DNA of 64,000 bases from NCBI RefSeq assembly GCF_019232825.1, contig NZ_JAFAND010000118.1, forward strand, positions 7,498 to 71,497, given 5' to 3'. Both the position numbers and the translations under genes were made by a program. Positions 43,904 to 53,243 of this stretch are shown here, in pieces; the first letter of the stretch is position 1, and every line of letters starts with the position of its first letter. Under the pieces are notes generated by a model, which saw nothing but the letters and a program-made list of their open reading frames with translations, did not search any database and was not told the DNA's origin. The DNA is from Paludibacterium sp. GTDB lineage: Bacteria; Pseudomonadota; Gammaproteobacteria; Burkholderiales; Chromobacteriaceae.

Positions 43904-44989
43904 TTAGGTCCGCTCGTCCAGCAAATGCTGCACGGCGCGGTTGAAGCAGTTCACCCAGTATTTGTCGAACTGATGATCCGCCGCGTTCACCTCCGCCGCG
44001 GCGCGCAACGTGGAGCGAGGCTGTCCGCGCGCGCCCTGCTTGACCATCACCGACTCGAAGGCATCCACGAGCGCCATGATTTTAGCGCCCGGCTCGATCT
44101 CATCCGCGAGCAACCCTTGCGGATATCCCGAACCATCCGGTTTTTCGTGATGGTGAAGCACGATGCGCGCCGCCAGATCCCAGCCCGGTATGCGCTGCAA
44201 GATTCCGGACGCCCATCCCACATGCTCGCGCATCAATGCCCGCTCGGCATCGTTCATGACACGGCTGCCGACCCATAGCGTTTCCGGCAGCAGCATCATG
44301 CCTAGGTCATGCACGTAAACCGCCGCGCGCAACTGGTCGGCGTCGACCGGCGAGCCGGCCAGCTGATTGGTCAACAGCGCCAACGTCAGATTGCGCTCGG
44401 TACGGCCGGTGAATAGCGACGAACGCCGCTCCAGTTGCAGCGCCAGTTGTTTGAAAAAAGCCAGATCGCCCGTTCGATCGGCGGTCAAGGCAGCCAGATC
44501 GGGCGCCTCGCCACGCGTTTCGTCCACACCGGTCAACGCATCGATCAGTTGGCCGCAGGCCCGCTCCAACTGGGGGGGCGGCAGCGACTTGAGCGCCTCC
44601 AGCGAGGCGGTCAGCTCTTTCAGATGCAAGCCGCCGGTCGGCTCATTCGCCGCCAGCGCCTCCACCGTTTGCTGCAAGCGGTCCGTCGACAGCAGCAGCA
44701 CATCGGCCAGCCGGGGCGTAAAAGGCACCTCGCCCGCGCGCACCCTTGCCAGCAACGTTTCGGCGGCGTGGATGAACGGCACCAGGAAACTGAGCCGGCA
44801 TAGACTGGCGTCGCCCTTGATATTGTGAAAGGTTCGAAACAGATCCGCCACGGCACCAGTGTCGCCCGGCTGCTGCCTCAGCAAGGCGACCAAGGCTTCG
44901 ATATGCGGCGCATAATCATTTAAGGCATCGTGAAAGTCATGGAAACTGTCTTCATCCTCGATCAAAGTCGAGATTTGCTCGTCAGTCAT
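43904..44989 (-). CDS. Hpt domain - HD-GYP domain protein (putative c-di-GMP phosphodiesterase)
   Basis: 361 aa. N-terminal Hpt with FRTFHNIKGDASL. C-terminal HD-GYP (VYVHDLGMMLLPE.., HHHEKPDGSGYPQGL). No receiver domain. Confidence 0.8.
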   Translation of the reverse strand: MTDEQISTLIEDEDSFHDFHDALNDYAPHIEALVALLRQQPGDTGAVADLFRTFHNIKGDASLCRLSFLVPFIHAAETLLARVRAGEVPFTPRLADVLLLSTDRLQQTVEALAANEPTGGLHLKELTASLEALKSLPPPQLERACGQLIDALTGVDETRGEAPDLAALTADRTGDLAFFKQLALQLERRSSLFTGRTERNLTLALLTNQLAGSPVDADQLRAAVYVHDLGMMLLPETLWVGSRVMNDAERALMREHVGWASGILQRIPGWDLAARIVLHHHEKPDGSGYPQGLLADEIEPGAKIMALVDAFESVMVKQGARGQPRSTLRAAAEVNAADHQFDKYWVNCFNRAVQHLLDERT

Positions 44990-45158
44990 GGCCCGCTCCG
45001 CGGCATTTGCCGGTCAATCAATCTATTTGAATTGCATGATAGCGGTTGGCATAACTCGTGCCTATAGGTTGCATAAAAAATGCGCCATAACGCGAGGCTC
45101 TTGCCGAAACCAACCGCCTTATACTATGTTCGCTTGAAATATTAATTTTAAAACCACA

Positions 45159-45626
45159 ATGAATTCGACCCCTGATATCGCCGATTGCGCGAGCACCTTA
45201 CGCAAACAGATGATGCTCCTGGTCCGCCGGCTACGCCGCGAGAGCACGCCACTAGAACTACCGCTAAGCCAATTGCTGTTGCTCAGCCGCATCGAGCAGT
45301 TGGGCGACGATGCCACGCCGACGGCGCTTGCCGAATATGAAGGGCTGCGGCCGCAGAATCTATCGGCACTCTTGCGCAAACTGGAGCAAATGGGGCTGAC
45401 CTACAAAGAAGAAAACGCCAGCGACAAGCGTAAAAGCTGCGTACGCCTGACAGCGGCCGGACTCGGTGTCCTGACATCCAACCGCAGCAACCGGGATAAC
45501 TGGCTCACCTTGGCGATGACCAGCACCCTGACGCCGGACGAGGTCGCCCTATTAAAGCAAGCCGGACCCCTGCTGGAACGGTTGGCCGTGGCATTAGAAC
45601 CACCGCGCGCCGAGCGGGGAAAATAG
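45159..45626 (+). CDS. MarR family transcriptional regulator
   Basis: 155 aa, wHTH (..TPTALAEYEGLRPQNLSALLRKLEQMGLTYKEENASDKRKSCVRLTAAG). Confidence 0.85.
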   Translation: MNSTPDIADCASTLRKQMMLLVRRLRRESTPLELPLSQLLLLSRIEQLGDDATPTALAEYEGLRPQNLSALLRKLEQMGLTYKEENASDKRKSCVRLTAAGLGVLTSNRSNRDNWLTLAMTSTLTPDEVALLKQAGPLLERLAVALEPPRAERGK

Positions 45627-45699
45627 GCCATTAACCCTTTTACAATCATGGTTTAGCGTTATGCCACCATGACATGCCACGCACCTGTCAAAAATAAAG

Positions 45700-45855
45700 C
45701 TTGCATAGTATTCAAACCTTATGCATTATCCGTCCCTGCAGGATTTATCAAGTCGAAATTAGGATGGTCGTAGCTGACGAAAGTCTGTACCACGGATGCC
45801 TTTTCCCTTGATTTTCATGCGCTTGAATTTTTTATTTTTATGATGGGAATTACAC
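45700..45855 (+). promoter_or_regulatory. Putative promoter and long 5' leader of the cold-shock gene
   Basis: TTGCAT-17 bp-CATTAT near 45700-45730, then about 125 nt of AT-rich leader before the ATG. Long structured leaders are typical of cspA-type genes. Confidence 0.35.
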
Positions 45856-46059
45856 ATGGCAACGGGTACCGTTAAGTGGTTCAACGACGCTAAGGGCTTT
45901 GGCTTTATCACTCCGGACGAAGGCGGCGAAGACGTGTTCGCTCACTTCTCCCAAATCAAGGCCAATGGCTTCAAGACCCTGGCTGAAAACCAAAAGGTCA
46001 GCTTCGACGTCACCATGGGCCCGAAGGGCAAGCAAGCTTCCAACATTCAGCCGCTGTAA
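45856..46059 (+). CDS. Cold-shock protein, CspA family
   Basis: 67 aa: [32 protein letters not shown] (RNP1/RNP2 motifs). Confidence 0.93.
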   Translation: MATGTVKWFNDAKGFGFITPDEGGEDVFAHFSQIKANGFKTLAENQKVSFDVTMGPKGKQASNIQPL

Positions 46060-46084
46060 TCATCGGCCGATAATGCTGGACAAG

Positions 46085-46110
46085 AACCCGGATTCGATCC
46101 GGGTTTTTTT
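46085..46110 (+). terminator. Rho-independent terminator after the cold-shock gene
   Basis: AACCCGGA-ttcga-TCCGGGTT followed by TTTTT. Confidence 0.8.
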
Positions 46111-46179
46111 ACGGCTTGTCAAAGCACATTTCATTCTGCATGATGCCCCTTTAACCCCAAAGCCCCCGATTCCCGCCGC

Positions 46180-46977
46180 ATGACCGATATCTTGCACACC
46201 ATCCTGGCACGCAAGGACCAGGAAGTCGCCGAGGCGCGCACCCATGCGCCGCTCGAACAAGTCCGCCAAGCCGCCGAGGCGCGCGCCGCCGACCGGCGCG
46301 ATTTTGTCGACGCGTTGCGTCTCCGTCATCGCCGCGGACAATCGGCGGTCATCGCCGAAATCAAGAAAGCGAGCCCCAGCAAAGGCGTCATCCGCGTCGA
46401 CTTCGACCCGGCCGACATTGCCCGGCACTACGCCAGCCACGGCGCCGCCTGCCTATCGGTGCTGACCGACCGCGATTTCTTCCAAGGCGACCGGCGCTAT
46501 CTGGAGGCGGCACGCGCCGCCTGCTCGCTGCCGGTGCTGCGCAAGGACTTTCTGGTCGACGAGTATCAGGTCTACGAAGCCCGCGCCATGGGGGCCGACT
46601 GCGTGCTGCTGATCGCCGCCGCGCTTGACGACGGGCGACTGCACGCGTTCCACGATCTGGCAACGGAGCTGGGCATGGCGGTGCTGGTGGAGGTACACGA
46701 CGGCCAGGAGCTCGAACGGGCGCTCGCGCTTGCCACGCCGCTCATCGGCATCAACAACCGCAACCTGCGCACTTTCGCCGTCGATTTGACCACGACCCTC
46801 GATCTGCTGCCACGCATCGACGACGGGCGCATCGTCGTGACCGAAAGCGGCATTCTGGCGCCACAAGACGTGCGCCTGATGCGCGAACATCAGGTGATGA
46901 CGTTCTTGGTCGGCGAAGCCTTCATGCGCGCCCCAAACCCGGGCGCGGCCCTCGGCGAGCTCTTCGCACTGGATTGA
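46180..46977 (+). CDS. trpC: Indole-3-glycerol phosphate synthase
   Basis: 265 aa. ILARKDQEV.., [34 protein letters not shown] motifs. Confidence 0.93.
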   Translation: MTDILHTILARKDQEVAEARTHAPLEQVRQAAEARAADRRDFVDALRLRHRRGQSAVIAEIKKASPSKGVIRVDFDPADIARHYASHGAACLSVLTDRDFFQGDRRYLEAARAACSLPVLRKDFLVDEYQVYEARAMGADCVLLIAAALDDGRLHAFHDLATELGMAVLVEVHDGQELERALALATPLIGINNRNLRTFAVDLTTTLDLLPRIDDGRIVVTESGILAPQDVRLMREHQVMTFLVGEAFMRAPNPGAALGELFALD

Positions 46978-47054
46978 TTGAGTGGGCGTAGGGTGCACTC
47001 GCCGAAGGCAGTGCACCACCGACACACGCAGCGCCAGGCACCCTCTCTTTTGCG

Positions 47055-49265
47055 CTAATAATCGAACCCAAGGTACATATAGCCGATCGGACGACCGCCG
47101 CGCGCCGACCCCACACCGACGAAGAAGGGCCCGAGGATGGTATCCGCGCCCAAGAATAGCGAACCGCCGGGCAGCCATTCGGTATCCTGATCGCCGAAAT
47201 TGCGCCGCCAGACCTTGCCCATTTCCAGCGACGCGCCGGCATACAGCCCCGAGCCCAGCGCCGACGGCAGCGTGGCGGCGCGCCAATACACCATGGCGCG
47301 CGCCAGCCCCACCTTCTCGCCATAGAGCTCGTCCTGCTGATAGCCGCTCAGATTCAGGAAGCCGCCGAGAAACTGCGGCGTATTAAAGTGATTGGGGTCG
47401 GCAACATCCAAATTTCCCTTCAGCTTGCCGGTAAGGCGCCAAGTGACGTCGCCGAAGGTCGTCGCATTCTCCGCCGTCAGCCCGTAGTAGCGCGTGTTGA
47501 CGCCGGTCCAATCCGGCATGCCGTAGCGCAAGTTGCTGTCGAAGAAATAACCGCTGCGCGGCCAGCGCGGATTGTCGAACTGATCGGCTATCGCCGACAA
47601 CTGCAAACCGGCTTCGGTGGTCTTCTGTTCAAGCCACGATTGAGAAGGCTGCAACTGTCCCATATTGACGCTCGGATCGTACTGCACCCAATAGGGGCCG
47701 CCGCGCAACTGCCCGTATTTTCCCAGCGCCACACCGGCATCGAGCGCCCCACCCGACTCGGACAAGTCGAGTTGGGCATATTTATGGTGATTGTCGTCAA
47801 AAAATGGCCAGGCGACCTGCTGATAGTTCGCCCGCGCCGCCACGAACATGGGGCTGTCGAGACCCAGCGGCTGATAGAACTCGCTGCGCACCGCGGTATC
47901 CGTGCCGAGCTGCACGTCGTTTCGCCAAGTGGCGCCGTACGCATTAAGCCATGTGGACAACGACGAGGCGAGGAAATTGACGCTGGAATCGCCCGTGGTA
48001 CTGCTCTTCAAGTTCATGCCAAACCGCAGATAGGTCGGTCCGACCGCACGCTCGACCGGCAGCACTTGCATGACGCTCCGTCCATCGATGTCCTGGATAC
48101 GATAGGACAGGCTGTCGTAATCGCCGCCGGCAAACAGTGAGCGCAGCTTCTGCCGTGTGCCGTCCAAATTGCCGGCTTGTCCATCATCCTGACCCAGCGC
48201 GCTCGCCAAACGTTCAGCGTTGATATGACCGGCAACAGGGCTCACCACCTCGATGCGGTCGATCTTGGGCGGCGCCGGCTCAGTCAAGCGGGTGTGCCAG
48301 GCCTGATAGGCGTCGGGCGGCACCGACCAGGCCTTGAGGCGCTCGCGCACCGGAGCCACCGCCGCCGCGCCGCGGGCGATGATCGCCTGGTTATCGGCGA
48401 ACGATGCCGACGAGTAGCCGTTCAGATCAGGCCGGATCACGATATCCTGGTCATCGAGCAGCGCCTTCTGCTGACGCACGTTGCGCGTGACCAGCAGATT
48501 GCTGGTTTGCGCCAGCACATCGAACAAGTTGTGGATCTGGTCGGTCTTCATCAGCGGCGTGCCGACGTCCACCACGATCACATGATCGGCGCAGCGATGC
48601 TTCAAGTCCTCGATCGGCAGATTGCGCGCCACGCCGCCATCGATCAGCAGCCGCCCCTGATCGGAGACCGGATCGAATAGTCCCGGCACCGCCATGCTGG
48701 CACGCAGCGCCGTGGCGAGCGAGCCATGATCGAACACCACCGCGTCGCCGTTGGACAGATCGGTCGCGACCGCGCGAAAGGGGATCGGTAGATGATCGAA
48801 GCTATCGACCGTCCGGTCGCGGGTCAGTTGCCGCAGATAGAGGTCGACGTCTTGCGAATTAATGGCGCTGCGCGGCACGCGGAAAACCCCGTCGTGCACC
48901 CCGAAGGTAATGTCGAAATAATTTCGGTAATCGTCGTTCTTGCGCTCATAGGGCACTTGGGCCCGGTCGGGCTTACCCGACAGCATGGCATTCCAATCGG
49001 CGTCCTTGAACGACTGCTGCATCTCGTCCAGCGGCAGACCGTTGGCGTACATGCCGCCGATCAACGCGCCAGCGCTCGTGCCGGCGATACAGGCGATGGG
49101 AATGTGCAACTTCTCCAGCTCGCGCAGTACGCCCAAGTGCGCGAATCCGCGCGCGCCGCCACCGCCAAGCACCACGCCGATGCGTGGCGGCGGCGCCTCG
49201 GCGGCCTGTGCGCCGAAGGCCAGGAACGACAAGCTCAATAACAGACAGGTACAGGTGCGGATCAT
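47055..49265 (-). CDS. Patatin-like phospholipase with C-terminal POTRA/Omp85 beta-barrel (PlpD-like, type Vd secretion architecture)
   Basis: 736 aa from MIRTCTCLLLSLSFLAFGAQA (signal peptide). Patatin motifs GGGARG, GTSAG, DGG. The long beta-rich C-terminus ends ..YMYLGFDY. The track start at 49370 is an upstream extension. Confidence 0.85.
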   Translation of the reverse strand: MIRTCTCLLLSLSFLAFGAQAAEAPPPRIGVVLGGGGARGFAHLGVLRELEKLHIPIACIAGTSAGALIGGMYANGLPLDEMQQSFKDADWNAMLSGKPDRAQVPYERKNDDYRNYFDITFGVHDGVFRVPRSAINSQDVDLYLRQLTRDRTVDSFDHLPIPFRAVATDLSNGDAVVFDHGSLATALRASMAVPGLFDPVSDQGRLLIDGGVARNLPIEDLKHRCADHVIVVDVGTPLMKTDQIHNLFDVLAQTSNLLVTRNVRQQKALLDDQDIVIRPDLNGYSSASFADNQAIIARGAAAVAPVRERLKAWSVPPDAYQAWHTRLTEPAPPKIDRIEVVSPVAGHINAERLASALGQDDGQAGNLDGTRQKLRSLFAGGDYDSLSYRIQDIDGRSVMQVLPVERAVGPTYLRFGMNLKSSTTGDSSVNFLASSLSTWLNAYGATWRNDVQLGTDTAVRSEFYQPLGLDSPMFVAARANYQQVAWPFFDDNHHKYAQLDLSESGGALDAGVALGKYGQLRGGPYWVQYDPSVNMGQLQPSQSWLEQKTTEAGLQLSAIADQFDNPRWPRSGYFFDSNLRYGMPDWTGVNTRYYGLTAENATTFGDVTWRLTGKLKGNLDVADPNHFNTPQFLGGFLNLSGYQQDELYGEKVGLARAMVYWRAATLPSALGSGLYAGASLEMGKVWRRNFGDQDTEWLPGGSLFLGADTILGPFFVGVGSARGGRPIGYMYLGFDY

Positions 49266-49293
49266 GCGGCAACCAGGATTGGGAACCCGGCGA

Positions 49294-50916
49294 TCATAGC
49301 TCATCCAGCGACTTGACCGAAATCCCCATGCGCTGCATACGCGACAACAGTGTGGTACGTTTGAGGCCAAGCCGGGCCGCCGCCCCTTTAGGGCCGGCGA
49401 CGATGCCGTTGGTCTCGCGCAGCACGCGCAAAATGCGGTCGCGCTCCGACTCGCTGCCGTCGGATGGCGACAACGGCGGCGGCATGACCGCCCCCCGCAC
49501 CGGCATGGGCGCAGCCGGCACCGGCAAGTCCGACATCGGCAAATGCAGCTCCGGCCCGCGCGATAGAATCACCGCGCGCTCGATCACGTTCTGCAATTCG
49601 CGCACGTTGCCCGGCCAAGGGTGCCGGGAGAGGCGCAAAAGCGTCTCGTCGGAAATGACTTCGATTTGGCGCTTAAGCCGCCGGGCGAATTTTTGCGCGA
49701 AGAACCGTGCCAATAGCGGAATATCCTCGGGACGGTCCCTGAGCGGCGGCACCCAGATCGGGAATACGTTCAGGCGATAATACAAATCGCTGCGGTAACG
49801 CTTTTCGGCGATCATCTGCGACAAGTCGCAACTGGTCGCCGCGATCACGCGCACATCGACCGAAATGATCTTTTGCCCGCCCAACCGCTCGATTTCACGC
49901 TCCTGTAGCACGCGCAGCAACTTGGGCTGCAGTTCGAGCGGAATGTCGCCGACTTCGTCAAGAAACAACGTGCCTTGGTGCGCCAGCTCGAAACGGCCGA
50001 GACGCTGCGCGCTGGCGCCGGTGAAAGCGCCCTTTTCATGGCCGAACAGCTCGCTTTCCAGCAAGCCGGCGGGAATCGCCGCGCTATTCATCGTGACCAT
50101 GCGCTGTGACTTGCGCGGGCTCAAATTATGGATCGCCCGCGCGATCAGCTCCTTGCCGGTGCCGGTCTCGCCCTGAATCAACACCGAGGAATCGGTGTCT
50201 GCCACCATGCGCACTTGCTCCAGCACCTCGGACATCACCACGCTTTGGCCGATGATCTCGTCGAAACTCTCGTAATTGCTGATCTCCTCGGTCAGCAGGC
50301 GGTTCTCCCGCGCCAACCGGTCTTTCAATTGGGAGATTTGCTGATAAGCCAAGGCGTTGTCGAGCGACAGCGCGATACGCGCGGCGATCTGCTGCAACAA
50401 ACGCAGATTGTCGTGGAAAAATGCCGCCTCACGGCCATGCGCCAACATCAGCGCGCCGAGGATGCGCTCGCCGGAAAACAGCGGCAGCACGCACAGCGAA
50501 TGAAATCCCTGCGCCAACAGCGCACGCACGTGGCGGTGCTCGGCGCCGAGCGCGCGCATGCGCGCCGCGTCGCACACCAGCACCTGCTTGTTCATGACCA
50601 TATCGCGCGCGGGCAGATGAGACAGCGCGAATTCAGCCTGCTCGCGCTCCAGGGAACCATCCGGGCGAAACAGCGCGGCATGCGACTCCACACGGGAGGA
50701 CTCGGCGTCGAACAGATTCAGATCGGCAAAGGGAATATGCAGATAGTGCGACAGCGCGCGCGCCACCTGCTCGACCAGATCGTCAAACTCCAGCGTCGAC
50801 AGCACGGCATTGGTGACATCGACCAGAATTTGCAGATGATCCCGCTCGCGGCGAAGCGCTTCAAGTGCGTCGTCGTCCGTCATGGCGGAAAAGGGAGCAT
50901 GCAAATGGGCGTCCAT
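49294..50916 (-). CDS. hyfR: Sigma-54-dependent transcriptional activator, FhlA/HyfR type (GAF, AAA+, Fis-type HTH)
   Basis: GAF region, then GETGTGKELIARAIH, ESELFGHEKGAFTGA, and C-terminal AARLGLKRTTLLSRMQRMGI. The start is uncertain (ATG 50916 or 50883, TTG 50928; none has a good SD). Confidence 0.85.
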   Translation of the reverse strand: MDAHLHAPFSAMTDDDALEALRRERDHLQILVDVTNAVLSTLEFDDLVEQVARALSHYLHIPFADLNLFDAESSRVESHAALFRPDGSLEREQAEFALSHLPARDMVMNKQVLVCDAARMRALGAEHRHVRALLAQGFHSLCVLPLFSGERILGALMLAHGREAAFFHDNLRLLQQIAARIALSLDNALAYQQISQLKDRLARENRLLTEEISNYESFDEIIGQSVVMSEVLEQVRMVADTDSSVLIQGETGTGKELIARAIHNLSPRKSQRMVTMNSAAIPAGLLESELFGHEKGAFTGASAQRLGRFELAHQGTLFLDEVGDIPLELQPKLLRVLQEREIERLGGQKIISVDVRVIAATSCDLSQMIAEKRYRSDLYYRLNVFPIWVPPLRDRPEDIPLLARFFAQKFARRLKRQIEVISDETLLRLSRHPWPGNVRELQNVIERAVILSRGPELHLPMSDLPVPAAPMPVRGAVMPPPLSPSDGSESERDRILRVLRETNGIVAGPKGAAARLGLKRTTLLSRMQRMGISVKSLDEL

Positions 50917-51006
50917 GCGTCGAGCCAAAAGTGGGCAATGAAAAGGGAATAAGTCGACCTCGCCGGCATTGTAGCAGCCGGCGCACGGTCGACATACGGC
51001 GTCAGA

Positions 51007-51492
51007 TCAAGCCTTGTGCTCGTCGCCGGCCACGAGCCAGAAGACGCCGTCGAGCCCCTGCCCGGCCGCCAAGCGCGCATGGAGCGCGCGCACGGCCGCG
51101 TCGACGCAAGGCGTCATGGGAAAATAGAAAGCCACCACATCGGGCTGCAGACCGAGGAACAGCACCTCCTCGACCTCCTCGCGCAACCGCTCGATCAGAA
51201 AGGTGATCGGCAGATCGTGCGTGCTCATGATGAACATGTCGGCGATCGCGCCATCGTCGACCAACCGCAACTCCCCAGGGGCGAGCCCCATGTCCGCGGC
51301 ATCGAACACCACCACGCGGCGCGGCTTGGCCGCCAACACTTGATGCACGGCGTTTTCCGGCGCGGTGCCGCCATCGATGACCTGCCACCCTTCGGCGGGC
51401 GCCGCCGACAGCAGTTCGGCCAGGAGCGGGCCGGCGCCGTCGTCGCCCATCATGGCATTGCCGACGGTCAACAACAGCGTATCAATCGCCAT
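51007..51492 (-). CDS. hycI: Hydrogenase 3/4 large-subunit maturation endopeptidase
   Basis: 161 aa: MAIDTLLLTVGNAMMGDDGAGPLLAELL, close to my memory of the E. coli HycI N-terminus. Confidence 0.9.
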   Translation of the reverse strand: MAIDTLLLTVGNAMMGDDGAGPLLAELLSAAPAEGWQVIDGGTAPENAVHQVLAAKPRRVVVFDAADMGLAPGELRLVDDGAIADMFIMSTHDLPITFLIERLREEVEEVLFLGLQPDVVAFYFPMTPCVDAAVRALHARLAAGQGLDGVFWLVAGDEHKA

Positions 51493-51895
51493 GGCGTTTC
51501 ACCATCAAGTACATGGCCGGCTCACGGGAAATCGCCGCGAGCGCACGCATCAGCTGTTGGCACCAGCCATCTTCCTCGGCGCTGAAAGCGGCGCGCGCGC
51601 CAGACAGCGCCGCGCCCAACATGCCGATGTGACTCGCGTCGATCATGATCTCGCCGAATTTGAGCACGCCGCCAAGCTTGCGGCGCGCCTCGCCGTCCGG
51701 CAACTGCGCGATCCAGCGCTCGAAACCGTCCTGCGGGCACGACAACAGCGGCTTCAGGCAATCGATCACGCCGATATGGTGACCGAGCGCCAGCGTCTGA
51801 TAGATCACCTGACGCGCAGCCCCCTCGGGCGGCAAGTCCTGCTCGCGCTCGAGAAACTTCTTCGACAGCGAATAAAACACCACCTTGCCGTCCAT
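51482..51895 (-). CDS. hyfJ: Formate hydrogenlyase maturation protein HycH/HyfJ
   Basis: 137 aa from MDGKVVFYSLSKKFLE... Overlaps the hycI start by 11 nt and starts 5 nt after the hyfI stop. Confidence 0.85.
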   Translation of the reverse strand: MDGKVVFYSLSKKFLEREQDLPPEGAARQVIYQTLALGHHIGVIDCLKPLLSCPQDGFERWIAQLPDGEARRKLGGVLKFGEIMIDASHIGMLGAALSGARAAFSAEEDGWCQQLMRALAAISREPAMYLMVKRHGD

Positions 51896-51899
51896 CGTC

Positions 51900-52697
51900 T
51901 CAGCCCCTCGCCACCCCGGCGCCAATATCCCACAACCGGGTCAAAATCTCGGCCAGACGCGGATCCTCCTCGCCCGACAAACGGCGTTTCATGCACTCGT
52001 CGAGCGTCAGATCGGTTTCGCTCGCCAGCGTCAGGAATTCGTCGGCGATCAGCCGGCCGGCGCGATAACCGGCGAGGCGGCGCGCTTCGCGCTCGATCTC
52101 GACGCGCACATCCAGCGCAATGGCGGGATGCGCCACCACCGCCCGGTCGGCCTCGCCCTCGATCTGATGCGTGCCCTTGAGCTTCTGGTCCAACAGCCCC
52201 AGCGCCATGGCGAAGCCGTACAGCGTGGCCGCCGGCGTCGGCGGGCAGCCGGGAATGTAGACGTCGACCGGCACGATCTTGTCGCTGCCGCCCCAGACGC
52301 AGTACAGGTCATGGAAGATGCCGCCGGAGCAGCCGCAGGCGCCGTACGAGACCGAAATCTTCGGGTCCGGCGCCGCCTGCCAGGCGCGCAGCGCCGGCAT
52401 GCGCATCGCCCGCGTCACCGCGCCGGTAAACAGCAGAATGTCGGCGTGCCGCGGCGAGGCCACCACCTTGATGCCGAAACGCTCGGCATCGAACACCGGC
52501 GTGATGGCGGCGAAGATCTCGATCTCGCAACCGTTGCAGCCGCCGCAATCGACGCGGTAGACATAGGCCGAACGCTGAATGTCCTTGAGCAATTTGCCCT
52601 TGAGCGCCGCGATATGCTCGCTTTCGGTCAGCGGCACCGGCATGCCGCGTTCATCGCGCGGCGCCATTGGGTTGGAAAGGGGCAAAGGTCCGTTCAT
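51900..52697 (-). CDS. hyfI: Hydrogenase-4 small subunit (NuoB-like)
   Basis: 265 aa. [10 protein letters not shown].., [15 protein letters not shown].., GACGCSGG.., IPGCPP motifs. Confidence 0.92.
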   Translation of the reverse strand: MNGPLPLSNPMAPRDERGMPVPLTESEHIAALKGKLLKDIQRSAYVYRVDCGGCNGCEIEIFAAITPVFDAERFGIKVVASPRHADILLFTGAVTRAMRMPALRAWQAAPDPKISVSYGACGCSGGIFHDLYCVWGGSDKIVPVDVYIPGCPPTPAATLYGFAMALGLLDQKLKGTHQIEGEADRAVVAHPAIALDVRVEIEREARRLAGYRAGRLIADEFLTLASETDLTLDECMKRRLSGEEDPRLAEILTRLWDIGAGVARG

Positions 52698-53233
52698 TGT
52701 TCAGCCTCCTGGCTCAGATGCTGCGACACCGCGTCGCGCGTCACGGTCGCCTTGCGCTTGCAGGCTGGGCAGCTGGCGAATTCAGCGCGGCGCGCCTCGT
52801 CCACCGCCACGCCGCTTTGCCGCAGCAGGTCCATCACGTAGCCGATTTCCTTGGCCGGCGCGAACGGCTGGCCGCACTGCTCGCATTGCTGCAGACGGAA
52901 AGTCGCCTTTTGCAACAGATCGGCCTTATTGGCCACCGCCAATTCGAATTCCGGCGTCAGCACGATGGCGTGCGTCGGACACACCTCCTCGCAGCGGCCG
53001 CAGAAGATGCAGCGGCCAAGGTTCAGCTGCCAAGTGCGCGTGCCGTCGGCGGTATCGTTGCCCATGGTCAGCGCATTGGCGGGGCAGGCCGTGGTGCAGG
53101 CGGCGCAAGCGATACACTGCGCCGCGTTCAGTTCCGGCTTGCCGCGGAAACCCGGGCTGACCGGAAACGGCGCGAACGGATACTTGGCCGTGGCCTCGCC
53201 CGCGTCGGCAATGATTTTGAAGAGCTTGAGCAT
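52694..53233 (-). CDS. hyfH: Hydrogenase-4 2x[4Fe-4S] ferredoxin subunit (NuoI-like)
   Basis: 179 aa. [12 protein letters not shown] and [12 protein letters not shown] clusters. ATGA-type overlap with hyfI. Confidence 0.9.
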   Translation of the reverse strand: MLKLFKIIADAGEATAKYPFAPFPVSPGFRGKPELNAAQCIACAACTTACPANALTMGNDTADGTRTWQLNLGRCIFCGRCEEVCPTHAIVLTPEFELAVANKADLLQKATFRLQQCEQCGQPFAPAKEIGYVMDLLRQSGVAVDEARRAEFASCPACKRKATVTRDAVSQHLSQEAEQ

Positions 53234-53243
53234 GAGTCGGCTC

